Source: Candidatus Omnitrophota bacterium
GTDB taxonomy: Bacteria > Omnitrophota > Gorgyraeia > Gygaellales > Profunditerraquicolaceae
Length of the DNA stretch: 64,000 nt
Assembly: GCA_041653055.1 (NCBI GenBank)
Contig: JBAZGD010000001.1
Coordinates: forward strand, 13,512-77,511
Direction of reading: 5' to 3'
Positions within the stretch are counted from its first letter, which is position 1. Each line of letters starts with the position of its first letter. This document shows positions 33,599-41,789 of the stretch, in pieces. A program made the position numbers and the translations under genes. Below the pieces are notes generated by a model. The model was not told the origin of the DNA and made no database searches. It saw only the letters and a list, made by a program, of their open reading frames with translations.

Positions 33599-34612
33599 CT
33601 AATAAATAAAAGCTCCCGGTATAACACTTTGGCAATAAGGGCATTTGCCAACCTTCATATTATACTCCTTAATTTTAAAACCATCGCGCTTAATTAACGG
33701 TTTTGCGCAAGAAGGGCAAATGGTATCGCTACCCCATCCGTAGACGTTCCCCGCGTAAACAAAATTAAGCCCGGCCTCCATGCCAAGCCTTCGCGCTTCT
33801 TTAAGTGTTGCCTCTGGCGTAGAGGGATAGTTATTTAGCTTATAATCCGGATGAAAACGGGAAACATGCCAAGGTATATTCCTGTCGAGTCCAGAGATAA
33901 AACCCGCTAATGCCTTCAACTCATCTTCAGAATCATTGACCCCGGGGATAACCAGGGTAGTAATTTCAACCCAAACACCAAGTTCTTTCATCAGCCTTAT
34001 AGTCTCCAGCACAGGAGAGAGTAAAGCAGCGCAATATTTTTTATAAGAGGCATCCTGGAAAAATTTTAAATCGACATTGGCGGCGTCTAAATATGGAGAG
34101 ATCTCCTTAAGGCAATCTTGGGACATATATCCGTTAGTGACAAAAACATTACGCAAAGAACGGGATTTAGCTAATCTTGCCGTATCATAAGCATACTCAA
34201 AGAATACAGTCGGCTCGGTATAGGTATAGGATATGCTCTGGCAATCATTTCTTAACGCCTCCTCAACTATATCCTCGGGGGCAAACTCATCTTCGGCCAA
34301 GGAAACGCTACCCTGCGGTTGCCTTTGTGAAATTTCCCAATTCTGGCAAAAACTGCATCTAAAATTGCAGCCGGCTGAAGCCACGGAGAAACTCTTTGAA
34401 CCCGGAAGAAAATGATAAAGAGGCTTCTTCTCTATAGGGTCGACATTAGCCGCTACTGTATTACCGTAAGCATAGGTAAAAAGGGTTCCTTTGAAATTTA
34501 CCCTTACCCCGCATATCCCAGGTTGGTTATCCTTGATTATGCATTCATGGGCGCATAAATGGCAATGTACAGTTTTATCGGGCGATTTTTCGTAAAAAAG
34601 TGCTTCTCTCAT
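33599..34612 (-). CDS. AmmeMemoRadiSam-system radical SAM enzyme
   Basis: 337 aa. EALFYEK..KTVHCHLCAHECII..GICGVR, DPIEKKPLYHFLPGS, the CNFRCSFCQNWEIS cluster motif and the C-terminal ICPSC...CPYC zinc ribbon are as in the TIGR04337-type family. Confidence 0.85.
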   Translation of the reverse strand: MREALFYEKSPDKTVHCHLCAHECIIKDNQPGICGVRVNFKGTLFTYAYGNTVAANVDPIEKKPLYHFLPGSKSFSVASAGCNFRCSFCQNWEISQRQPQGSVSLAEDEFAPEDIVEEALRNDCQSISYTYTEPTVFFEYAYDTARLAKSRSLRNVFVTNGYMSQDCLKEISPYLDAANVDLKFFQDASYKKYCAALLSPVLETIRLMKELGVWVEITTLVIPGVNDSEDELKALAGFISGLDRNIPWHVSRFHPDYKLNNYPSTPEATLKEARRLGMEAGLNFVYAGNVYGWGSDTICPSCAKPLIKRDGFKIKEYNMKVGKCPYCQSVIPGAFIY

Positions 34613-34634
34613 CTTTAGCTTATATTAACAAGGC

Positions 34635-35633
34635 TTATAAACGTAAGCCCGCAAGGTCATCCTCTCCAAGAGGGTTAACGCTTAAGGATAGGCCCTTTTT
34701 ATCGGGGATATGCCTGCAGGATATCTTAACTGCATCCTCACGTAAATCATAATAACGGCAGGCTATTCTCCCGGAGAGCATTATCTGCTCTTCGCTGAAA
34801 TCGCCTACGCCTAAACAAACCGGCCCGGCTGCATTCTCCTCGGTTACAAACAAATAATCGCCCGCGGCAGCCTTCTCTTCTAAATATTTATTCTCTTTTT
34901 CGTTCCGGCCGACAATAAGCTTTGTATGCTCTCCGATCCTGAAATGCCTGCCTACCTTCAATAGCTCTATATTCCTTAAGCTTGGCTCTCTGTGCCTGAT
35001 AAGGTCCTTAAGCCTTACGGAAAACTGCCTATCGGTCAATAAACACCCTCCGGAAGCATTAGGATAACCCGAAATACCAAATCTTTTAGCAAGCTCAATC
35101 TGCATCCTGCGGGAACGCCCGGAAATATTAAAGAGTTTATCCCGGTCAACCCAACCTTCTGCTTCAGGTATGGTAGGAATTAAGTTCTTGGCGGAAAGCG
35201 GGCGAAGCAATAAACCCTTAAGCCCGGCATCCTCCTCTATTCTCCTAAGCGCCTGCTTATGCTGTGACATTGGCCTTTGGCCTAAAACCTCTCCGGTTAC
35301 GATAAATTTAGCGCAGAACTCCCGCATTAACTCTTTCGATTTCAAGAGCATAAGTATCTTGCAATCAATACAAGGATTCATATGAGTGCCAAACCCATGC
35401 CTTGGATTTAATAACATCTCAATAAAATCCTTATCCACATCCGCCACCCTTAGCTCTTCCCCCAGGGTATTCTTGGTGAATTCATCCAGGCCGCTGCCGT
35501 TATAAGAATGCGGGTTAATATGGGAAAAGGGGATCCTGAAATTTAAAGGAATGATACCTATGCCCTGATCTTTAATCATCCTTGCGGCAAGAATACTATC
35601 TAAACCACCGGAAATCAGAACAATAGCTCTCAT
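34635..35633 (-). CDS. PP-loop ATP pyrophosphatase, ThiI/MnmA-like (putative tRNA sulfurtransferase)
   Basis: AIVLISGGLDSILAA PP-loop, NPCIDCKILM, and TGEVLGQRPMSQ...LRPL similar to the ThiI AANH domain. It has a ~130-aa C-terminal extension of unknown type. Confidence 0.55.
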   Translation of the reverse strand: MRAIVLISGGLDSILAARMIKDQGIGIIPLNFRIPFSHINPHSYNGSGLDEFTKNTLGEELRVADVDKDFIEMLLNPRHGFGTHMNPCIDCKILMLLKSKELMREFCAKFIVTGEVLGQRPMSQHKQALRRIEEDAGLKGLLLRPLSAKNLIPTIPEAEGWVDRDKLFNISGRSRRMQIELAKRFGISGYPNASGGCLLTDRQFSVRLKDLIRHREPSLRNIELLKVGRHFRIGEHTKLIVGRNEKENKYLEEKAAAGDYLFVTEENAAGPVCLGVGDFSEEQIMLSGRIACRYYDLREDAVKISCRHIPDKKGLSLSVNPLGEDDLAGLRL

Positions 35634-35663
35634 CTATTCAAGTTGCGGCGGGTAAAAATGCAT
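35634..35663 (-). other. 9-codon upstream mini-ORF (MHFYPPQLE) abutting the PP-loop gene start (TAG ATG)
   Basis: ATG at 35663 and TAG at 35636-35634, immediately followed by ATG 35633. AAGGAGAGG lies 13 nt upstream of the mini-ORF, whereas the main ORF has no Shine-Dalgarno. Confidence 0.25.
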
Positions 35664-35750
35664 TAAGTTAATAAAGCCTCTCCTTAGCCTAAATTCGGCC
35701 TTCTCCCCTTATTCGCTTTCTTGGAACGCCAATTAAGTTTTCCCCTGCGC

Positions 35751-36446
35751 TTACGTTTTCCCATCCCCATTACCTCCTTTATAATACTGCGCTGGAACTT
35801 TCTGAATAATATATTTAACCGCCTCCAGCATGCATTGATTAATTGCCTCTTCCATAGATGTTCCCGTATATAAAGCCAGCCCCTGGCCTATCTTCTTCTC
35901 TTCCCTGTGCCCTTCCGCAGGGCTGTATCCCCCGGCTGCCTGCCCACTGATACGCTCTGAGAATAAAACCTTAGAAGTAGCTGAATCTACGATACGTATA
36001 TCCAGGGTTATATAAGACCTATTGATACTTGAGCCCAGTAGGCTGTATAACGAACCGCTAGCCGCACTTCCCGCGCCTCCCACCCCAGATTTTCCCCCAG
36101 ATCCGTAAGGCTCAAAATCCAAAAGCCGGGTAGCAATAATCAATCCTGAAGGCTTATCGCTAGCATCTTTAGGCAAACTCACCAACTCAAAACGCTGGCT
36201 TTTTACAAGCCCGGCTATCAAAAGGTCGCGCAAGTTTGAACCGATATCCACCGTAGCCTTGGCAGTCATAACTTCAAAATCGGCAACTAGTACTTTTGCC
36301 TTAGGCCCGGAATACGGCGGAAAGAATGCGCTGCTTATAAAATCATCTACAAACTCTATAGGCTTATTAATTAATGCGCATCCCGTCAGGGAGGAAAACG
36401 TAATCCCTAAGATAAAGAATAATAAGTAATATTTACTTTTTATCAT
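35751..36446 (-). CDS. CsgG/HfaB-family lipoprotein
   Basis: Lipobox LTGC. PKAKVLVADFEV...DIGSNLRDLLIAGLVKSQRFELV resembles the CsgG family core. It has a Gly/Ser-rich loop. Confidence 0.55.
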   Translation of the reverse strand: MIKSKYYLLFFILGITFSSLTGCALINKPIEFVDDFISSAFFPPYSGPKAKVLVADFEVMTAKATVDIGSNLRDLLIAGLVKSQRFELVSLPKDASDKPSGLIIATRLLDFEPYGSGGKSGVGGAGSAASGSLYSLLGSSINRSYITLDIRIVDSATSKVLFSERISGQAAGGYSPAEGHREEKKIGQGLALYTGTSMEEAINQCMLEAVKYIIQKVPAQYYKGGNGDGKT

Positions 36447-36466
36447 TTAAGGCTCAATTCCGGATC

Positions 36467-37858
36467 TTATTTATAAAAAGGTATAAATGTAAGCACTGCC
36501 CAAACAATACAGGTAGTAATCAGCCCAACGCTTAAACCAATCCAAAACCAGCTAAAGAAAGTCATGCGGATATTTCTTTCTTTCTCTAGTATCCCCAGGG
36601 CTACAATATTAGCGGTTGAACCTATCAGGGTTATATTTCCTCCGAGGCAACCGCCAAAAAGCAGTGCCCACCAGAGCGATTGCGTAGTGATATTTATTGC
36701 CTGAAAACCCTGCAAAACCGGTATAAAGGCAGCCACCAAAACTACATTATCGAACATGCTTGATCCCAATGCGCTTATCCAAAGAATTACGCTGGTCAGT
36801 ACGTTGATATTGTCTCCCGTTAATTGAACAAGTTTATCCGCGATAAAAACAGTTGTATTGGTATACTTCAGCGTTCCGGCCTGGACAAACAAAAGCAGAA
36901 AAAAAATCAAGGTCCACCATTCTACATCTTTTTCAATATATTTTCTGGCCTTGTTTCTTTTCCAAACCATAATTAACCCGCTGGAGATAAGCGGAACTGC
37001 CACAAGGACGGTATTTGGCGCCAATCCCAAGGCAACCTCTATACGGTGATGCAGGGATATAAAGATTAGGGTTAAAAAGAAAATAAGCATATTAACCTTT
37101 AACCTCTTATCCGCAGGTACGGAGATAAGCTTGGTGAGTATCTCGTTAGCCCCGAACTCTTTAATATTCTTATCCAGCAGGGCTATCGGTTTCCTATACC
37201 AGAAAACAAGCATTGCCGAAGTGACCAGAAGGCAAAGGGCGGCTATGGGCATAGCCTTAACGATAAAATCCTCAAAAGTGAGCCCTGACTTACTGGCGAT
37301 AAGTATGCCTATAGGGTTTCCCAAGACTGTTGCCGCCGAACCGATGTTAGTGCTTAAAACAGAAATAATAATAAAAGGCGTTGGGTTAACTTCAAAATAA
37401 TCACACACCTCCAATACTGCTGCCACCATGAATATTATAGAGGTAACTTCATCAACTGCCCCGGCAAAAATCCCTGACAATACCGCAACGATAAAAACAA
37501 ATCTTTTTCCTGTCAATCGCGGGATCCTTAAAATAACGCTGACTATCCAGGCGAAGACACCGGAGTCTTTAAGCCTGCCCATAATAATCATCATGCCGAC
37601 GAGAAATAATATAACCTCGAGGGAGGAAAATATAAGCAAATGCTCTATGTCGATAGTTTTAGTTACAAGGAGTACAGCGGTACCTATAAAAGCAAAACTG
37701 AGCCGAAAATCCCAAAAAAACAAAGTACCTAAAATCGACATTGAAAATATGGCTACTGACAAGGCCTGCTGGGGGTTCATGCCTATCTTATTTGCGAATA
37801 CCCACAAAGAAAATGATATCAATAAGAGTATTCCCAGCCTTAGCGTAATGTTCTTCAT
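36467..37858 (-). CDS. ArsB/NhaD-superfamily transporter (second paralogue type)
   Basis: 463 aa, polytopic. GGNITLIGSTANIVA motif. Confidence 0.65.
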   Translation of the reverse strand: MKNITLRLGILLLISFSLWVFANKIGMNPQQALSVAIFSMSILGTLFFWDFRLSFAFIGTAVLLVTKTIDIEHLLIFSSLEVILFLVGMMIIMGRLKDSGVFAWIVSVILRIPRLTGKRFVFIVAVLSGIFAGAVDEVTSIIFMVAAVLEVCDYFEVNPTPFIIISVLSTNIGSAATVLGNPIGILIASKSGLTFEDFIVKAMPIAALCLLVTSAMLVFWYRKPIALLDKNIKEFGANEILTKLISVPADKRLKVNMLIFFLTLIFISLHHRIEVALGLAPNTVLVAVPLISSGLIMVWKRNKARKYIEKDVEWWTLIFFLLLFVQAGTLKYTNTTVFIADKLVQLTGDNINVLTSVILWISALGSSMFDNVVLVAAFIPVLQGFQAINITTQSLWWALLFGGCLGGNITLIGSTANIVALGILEKERNIRMTFFSWFWIGLSVGLITTCIVWAVLTFIPFYK

Positions 37859-37890
37859 TTTATTTTAATTTTATCTTATAGACCGGCTAT

Positions 37891-38457
37891 CTATAGGATT
37901 GATTTTATCCGCGGTTTAAGCTTCCAGAATAAAAATGCAGCCAAAACTGACTTGGCTATATCACCGGGGAAAAAAGGAACAAAACCCAAGAAAAGCGATT
38001 TTGTCCAGGAAAGATGCAGCGATATCTTAAGCCAGGCAACACCGCACAATAAAAGCAGGACACTAGCTAAACAGAAAATGCCTGCAATCATTAAGATATT
38101 CTCCTTGGCATATTTAATAAATCTTGCGATAAAAATAGTGGCGGCAAGAAAACCGAAGAAATAACCGGCAGTAGGCCCAATAAGATAAACTGCCCCGGCA
38201 TAAGTACCAGTAAATATGGGAAGCCCGATAAAGCCTAAAAATATATAAGCAAATTGAGTAAATAATCCTAAACGTGCCCCTAGAAAAGCGGCAGAGAGCA
38301 AGACAAAAAAAGTTTGCATTGTTAAGGGGACAGGGGTAAAAGGAAGCGGGATACGGACAAAGGCCCCCAAGCTTATCGTAATTATAAAAAACAACGATAC
38401 TAAAGCCCTGGAAAAACTCCGGTTCAAAACGATTTCTTTCCTTAATATATACTCCAT
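37891..38457 (-). CDS. bioY: Biotin transporter S-component
   Basis: RIPLPFTPVPLTMQTFFVLLSAAFLGARLG is the BioY signature region. 188 aa. Confidence 0.88.
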   Translation of the reverse strand: MEYILRKEIVLNRSFSRALVSLFFIITISLGAFVRIPLPFTPVPLTMQTFFVLLSAAFLGARLGLFTQFAYIFLGFIGLPIFTGTYAGAVYLIGPTAGYFFGFLAATIFIARFIKYAKENILMIAGIFCLASVLLLLCGVAWLKISLHLSWTKSLFLGFVPFFPGDIAKSVLAAFLFWKLKPRIKSIL

Positions 38458-38521
38458 ACCTTCTCCTTAATCTTAAAGATCCATAATGTTATAATTATAC
38501 CTTAAAATAGTGAAATGTAAA

Positions 38522-38556
38522 TAAAAAGGGGCAAGAATTATCTTCTAGCCCCTTTT
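38522..38556 (-). terminator. Probable rho-independent terminator after the small membrane-protein gene
   Basis: AGGGGC / GCCCCT stem (38527-38532 / 38548-38553) followed by TTTTT on the minus strand. The stem is short and the loop is 15 nt. Confidence 0.45.
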
Positions 38557-38582
38557 CTCGGTTTTAAAGCTATTTTTTTGTA

Positions 38583-38801
38583 TTATTCTTTGGCTATTGC
38601 TAAAGTGATGATCCCGGCCAAAATTAGAAACAGGCCGATAGATCCTTTAATGATCATCAAAAGCGCAGGCCACCATCTTAAGATTGCGGCAACGCCTAAG
38701 CCTAAAAAGACCAGCCCCAGGATAACCTTTAAGATTGTAGAAATAACTTTCTTGCCCTGTACACAGCAGCATTTTTCTTCCTTCTTGATTTCCTCTGCCA
38801 T
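38583..38801 (-). CDS. Small two-TM membrane protein with N-terminal CCC motif, unknown function
   Basis: 72 aa. A charged N-terminus MAEEIKKEEKCCCVQGKK is followed by two hydrophobic helices. It has its own terminator. Confidence 0.55.
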   Translation of the reverse strand: MAEEIKKEEKCCCVQGKKVISTILKVILGLVFLGLGVAAILRWWPALLMIIKGSIGLFLILAGIITLAIAKE

Positions 38802-38813
38802 TTTACACCTCCC

Positions 38814-39725
38814 TTAACTTGGTTGACTCTTCCACCTGCGGTGGATCCATCCCCATTCCGCAGGATATTTGCGTATATATGTTTCAATAATATCGGTCAA
38901 TTTCTGTATATTGATAAGTACCGTTTCTTGCGAATCGCCTCCCTCCTGTAAGCCCAAGGCAGGCTCGAAGACTATCTTATGCCGATCATCCTTCTGCCTT
39001 AAAATAAAACAGGGAATAAGCGCTGCGTCGGTGCGCTGGGCAAAGATCACCGGTCCGGTGGCCGTAGCCGCTTTTCTGCCGAAGAAATTGACAAAAACTC
39101 CGGCAGTCCCAAAATTCTGGTCTATGGGGATAAAAACTAATTCATTATTACGCAAGGAGAGTATTGTATTATTAACACAAAGATTGCGCGGCTGGCTGTA
39201 GATAGTCTTTACCCCGAATTTTTCTCTTTTCTCCAGGAAGATTTTCTCTACCCTTGAGTCCCTCATCGGACGCATAATGCCTGCGGTCTTATACCCCTCT
39301 ACTGCTAACCTGCCTAGTAAAAGCGGGAAATTGCCGAAATGGGCGCTTACTAATATAACTCCCTTTTTTCTAGATAAGGCCTTCTCTAGGTTCTCCCTGC
39401 CGATTATATCCACCCTATTCTTCAAAAGCTGAGGTTTATCCATAAGAAACATAAGTTCAACTGCTGATTTAGCTATATAATCAAAACATTGCCTGACTAT
39501 CCTATCCAGCTCTTCTTTGCTTTTTTCCTGCCCAAAGGCAATCTTTAAGCTATCAAAGGCAATATTCTTCTGTTTCTTGGCAAAAGAGTAGGCCAACGAA
39601 CTTATCATCTTGGCAAAGCGATAGAGAAACCTCGCCGGCGTAATTTTTATTATCAAAGAGCAGATATGTAAACCTAACCGCCCTAAAAGACGACTAAAAC
39701 TTTTTCTAACTTTCTTTAAATCCAT
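38814..39725 (-). CDS. Lipid A biosynthesis (Kdo)-lipid IVA acyltransferase family (LpxL/HtrB-like)
   Basis: 303 aa. SAHFGNFP (HX4-type acyltransferase motif region) and a YPAEWGWIHRRWK C-terminus typical of the family. Confidence 0.75.
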   Translation of the reverse strand: MDLKKVRKSFSRLLGRLGLHICSLIIKITPARFLYRFAKMISSLAYSFAKKQKNIAFDSLKIAFGQEKSKEELDRIVRQCFDYIAKSAVELMFLMDKPQLLKNRVDIIGRENLEKALSRKKGVILVSAHFGNFPLLLGRLAVEGYKTAGIMRPMRDSRVEKIFLEKREKFGVKTIYSQPRNLCVNNTILSLRNNELVFIPIDQNFGTAGVFVNFFGRKAATATGPVIFAQRTDAALIPCFILRQKDDRHKIVFEPALGLQEGGDSQETVLINIQKLTDIIETYIRKYPAEWGWIHRRWKSQPS

Positions 39726-39735
39726 TTATATAAAA

Positions 39736-39764
39736 ATTATAACAGAATTAATTTTAACTTACAA
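39736..39764 (-). promoter_or_regulatory. Promoter TTGTAA -17- TATAAT, 10 nt upstream of the ATG (near-leaderless)
   Basis: -35 at 39759-39764, -10 at 39736-39741, ATG at 39725. No Shine-Dalgarno. Confidence 0.45.
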
Positions 39765-39770
39765 TAAGAA

Positions 39771-40256
39771 TTATAACTTATAGCCGATTTTACGCAAGAA
39801 ATTCTTTCTCCAAGAGATATCCGCCTCTCCTTCCTCCCCCTTAGGCGCAAAACCGTCAACCACCCCTAAAATGGCGCATCCTTCCTCGGCTTGGGCAACG
39901 ACAACCTTAACCGGATTGGCAGTGGCACAATATATATTGCATACCTCAGGGACATTTTTGATTGCGTTTAAAACATTAATCGGGTAAGCATTCTTCAGTA
40001 AAATTACAAAGCTATGCCCCGCCCTTATATTAAGGCAATTCTCTACGGCTAAATCCTTAAGCAATTTATCATTACCGTGAGACCTCACCTTACAGGCGCC
40101 GCTGGCCTCAGCAAAAGCAAGAGCGAATACTATCCCCGGGACGCTATTGAATAAGGCCTCATAAAGGTCTTCCGCTGTCTTTATAAAGTGGCTCTGCCCT
40201 ATGATAATGTTTACTTCTTCAGGCTTCTTAATTTCAACTAATTTTAATTCTAACAT
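39771..40256 (-). CDS. Adenosine-specific kinase family protein (PF04008-like)
   Basis: 161 aa. IIGQSHFIKTAEDLYEAL..SVPGI.FALAF.EASG and PINVLNAIKNVPEVCNIYCATANP resemble the archaeal PAE2307-type family as I remember it. Confidence 0.6.
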   Translation of the reverse strand: MLELKLVEIKKPEEVNIIIGQSHFIKTAEDLYEALFNSVPGIVFALAFAEASGACKVRSHGNDKLLKDLAVENCLNIRAGHSFVILLKNAYPINVLNAIKNVPEVCNIYCATANPVKVVVAQAEEGCAILGVVDGFAPKGEEGEADISWRKNFLRKIGYKL

Positions 40257-40269
40257 ATCTCCTCCCTTG

Positions 40270-41697
40270 CTAATTTATATTAATTATCCTGAAGCCGGTT
40301 GTATAGATAGGAGAGTCACCGCCTTCATCACGCCCTATATAAGACTTTACGGAAGCTAAAATAAAATCGGGCGAACCTAATTCTTTCAGGGGAATTTTAA
40401 GGGTCAAGGCTGCAGGGGCTAAGTTTAAATAGACGCCGCTACCATCGATTAACTTCTTCCCGTCTAGCACCCTGAAGTTTTTATGCTTAGTAATAATCCG
40501 CATCTTGGGCATATCAGCAAAAGGCACATTATAATTATAACCGAATAAATACAATGTCGTTGAAAACCTGTATACAATATTTTCGGGCTTCTCTATCATT
40601 ATAATTAAATCATCCCCCAAAACGGCATAGCTGGCCCTCCCCTTACTGGCTAAAGAAATATTCTCTGCATAGTTGCCTTCGGAATTAATATCCGGAAACA
40701 TCCTGGAAGAGCCAAAAAAGGAAACCGGATTTTCATTTAACTTGGTTTGATGGTTTAAATTTATAGCGGGATAATCCCCAAAAAGTTCATTCTTCCGCGC
40801 AAAGGCCAGAAGGTAAAAGGCGCTTGATTGAGTCTGGCTTCTATAACAAAGTATTGCCTTCTTTTTATTATCCAGCTGCTGAGCAGTAAGGTCAAAATTT
40901 GACCACTTTATATCGGAGCCTGAGAAACCTTTTGGCGGAGTTAACTCAAGATCAGGATGATAATGCCGCGGCAATGGCCAACCACTATGGTGCACCAGAT
41001 ACGGATAAATTTTAGGATAAGATATCTCTTCTTTAAGTTGAGCCAACGCTATCCGTAAAAACAAATAGAGGGATTTATGGTCGACGTTGACATCCGCAGG
41101 ATGAGAAACAAATATTTTATCCGGACGATAATCTAAAATAACTTTTTTCAAATCCTTAAGGATATTCTCCCCAAAGTAGGGGGTTTTAAAAGAAGGGCTG
41201 TCTTCATAAGGAACGGAGGAGATCCTGGTTAAAAGAGAGCGGAATGGTTTATCCGTATTCCAGAATCTGGTAAACATACTAAAGGTGCCAAAATCAGGGT
41301 AGCCTAAGAATATAAGGTCAGCCTCCTCAAGCCCCAATAGCTGCATCGCTTTAATTGACTCTTTACGGCGCACTTGCCCTAAGGCTATAAACTCATTTTT
41401 TTTAAGAACGATCCTCTTCTTGTATACGATAAAGGCAAATTGATTATGTTCGCCGTTAGTTAAATAAACAATCTTGACCTTAGCCCCCTTGAGAATAGCC
41501 TCCTGTATCACGCCTGCGCAGGCTATCGCTTCATCATCCGGATGCGGCGCAAGTATAAGCACGCGCTCTCCCTCCTTAAAGGAGTCTAACTGCTGAAAAT
41601 CTTGCGCAGATAAACGGGTGGATGAAAACAGGCATAATACAAGAAAAAAAACAAAAATATTCGATACTCTTTGCCGGCAGAATGACATCATGATCAT
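40270..41697 (-). CDS. Exported PIG-L/LmbE-family deacetylase with uncharacterised C-terminal domain
   Basis: Signal peptide (...LFSSTRLSAQD) and the LILAPHPDDEAIACAGV zinc-site motif. The ~230-aa C-terminal half has no motif I recognise. Confidence 0.7.
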   Translation of the reverse strand: MIMMSFCRQRVSNIFVFFLVLCLFSSTRLSAQDFQQLDSFKEGERVLILAPHPDDEAIACAGVIQEAILKGAKVKIVYLTNGEHNQFAFIVYKKRIVLKKNEFIALGQVRRKESIKAMQLLGLEEADLIFLGYPDFGTFSMFTRFWNTDKPFRSLLTRISSVPYEDSPSFKTPYFGENILKDLKKVILDYRPDKIFVSHPADVNVDHKSLYLFLRIALAQLKEEISYPKIYPYLVHHSGWPLPRHYHPDLELTPPKGFSGSDIKWSNFDLTAQQLDNKKKAILCYRSQTQSSAFYLLAFARKNELFGDYPAINLNHQTKLNENPVSFFGSSRMFPDINSEGNYAENISLASKGRASYAVLGDDLIIMIEKPENIVYRFSTTLYLFGYNYNVPFADMPKMRIITKHKNFRVLDGKKLIDGSGVYLNLAPAALTLKIPLKELGSPDFILASVKSYIGRDEGGDSPIYTTGFRIININ

Positions 41698-41709
41698 CTT
41701 TTTGCCATC

Positions 41710-41737
41710 ATTATATTAGCCTCAATACAGCTGTCAA
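41710..41737 (-). promoter_or_regulatory. Promoter TTGACA -16- TATAAT, 12 nt upstream of the PIG-L ATG
   Basis: -35 at 41732-41737 and -10 at 41710-41715. No Shine-Dalgarno. Confidence 0.45.
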
Positions 41738-41760
41738 CATCTTTATTGTAGTAAAATAAC

Positions 41761-41789
41761 TTGCAATACTAAAAATATGTCCTTAAAAT
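41761..41789 (+). promoter_or_regulatory. Promoter TTGCAA -17- TAAAAT abutting the CDF gene start
   Basis: -35 at 41761-41766 and -10 at 41784-41789. The predicted TSS coincides with the second ATG at 41796. Confidence 0.45.

Noticed and set aside
38458-38521. Search for a BirA operator (TGTnAAC-N-GTTnACA type inverted repeat) in the bioY promoter region
   Set aside because: A plausible promoter (TTTACA-16-TATAAT) is present, but I could not find a convincing inverted repeat, only weak ATAAT/ATTAT symmetry.
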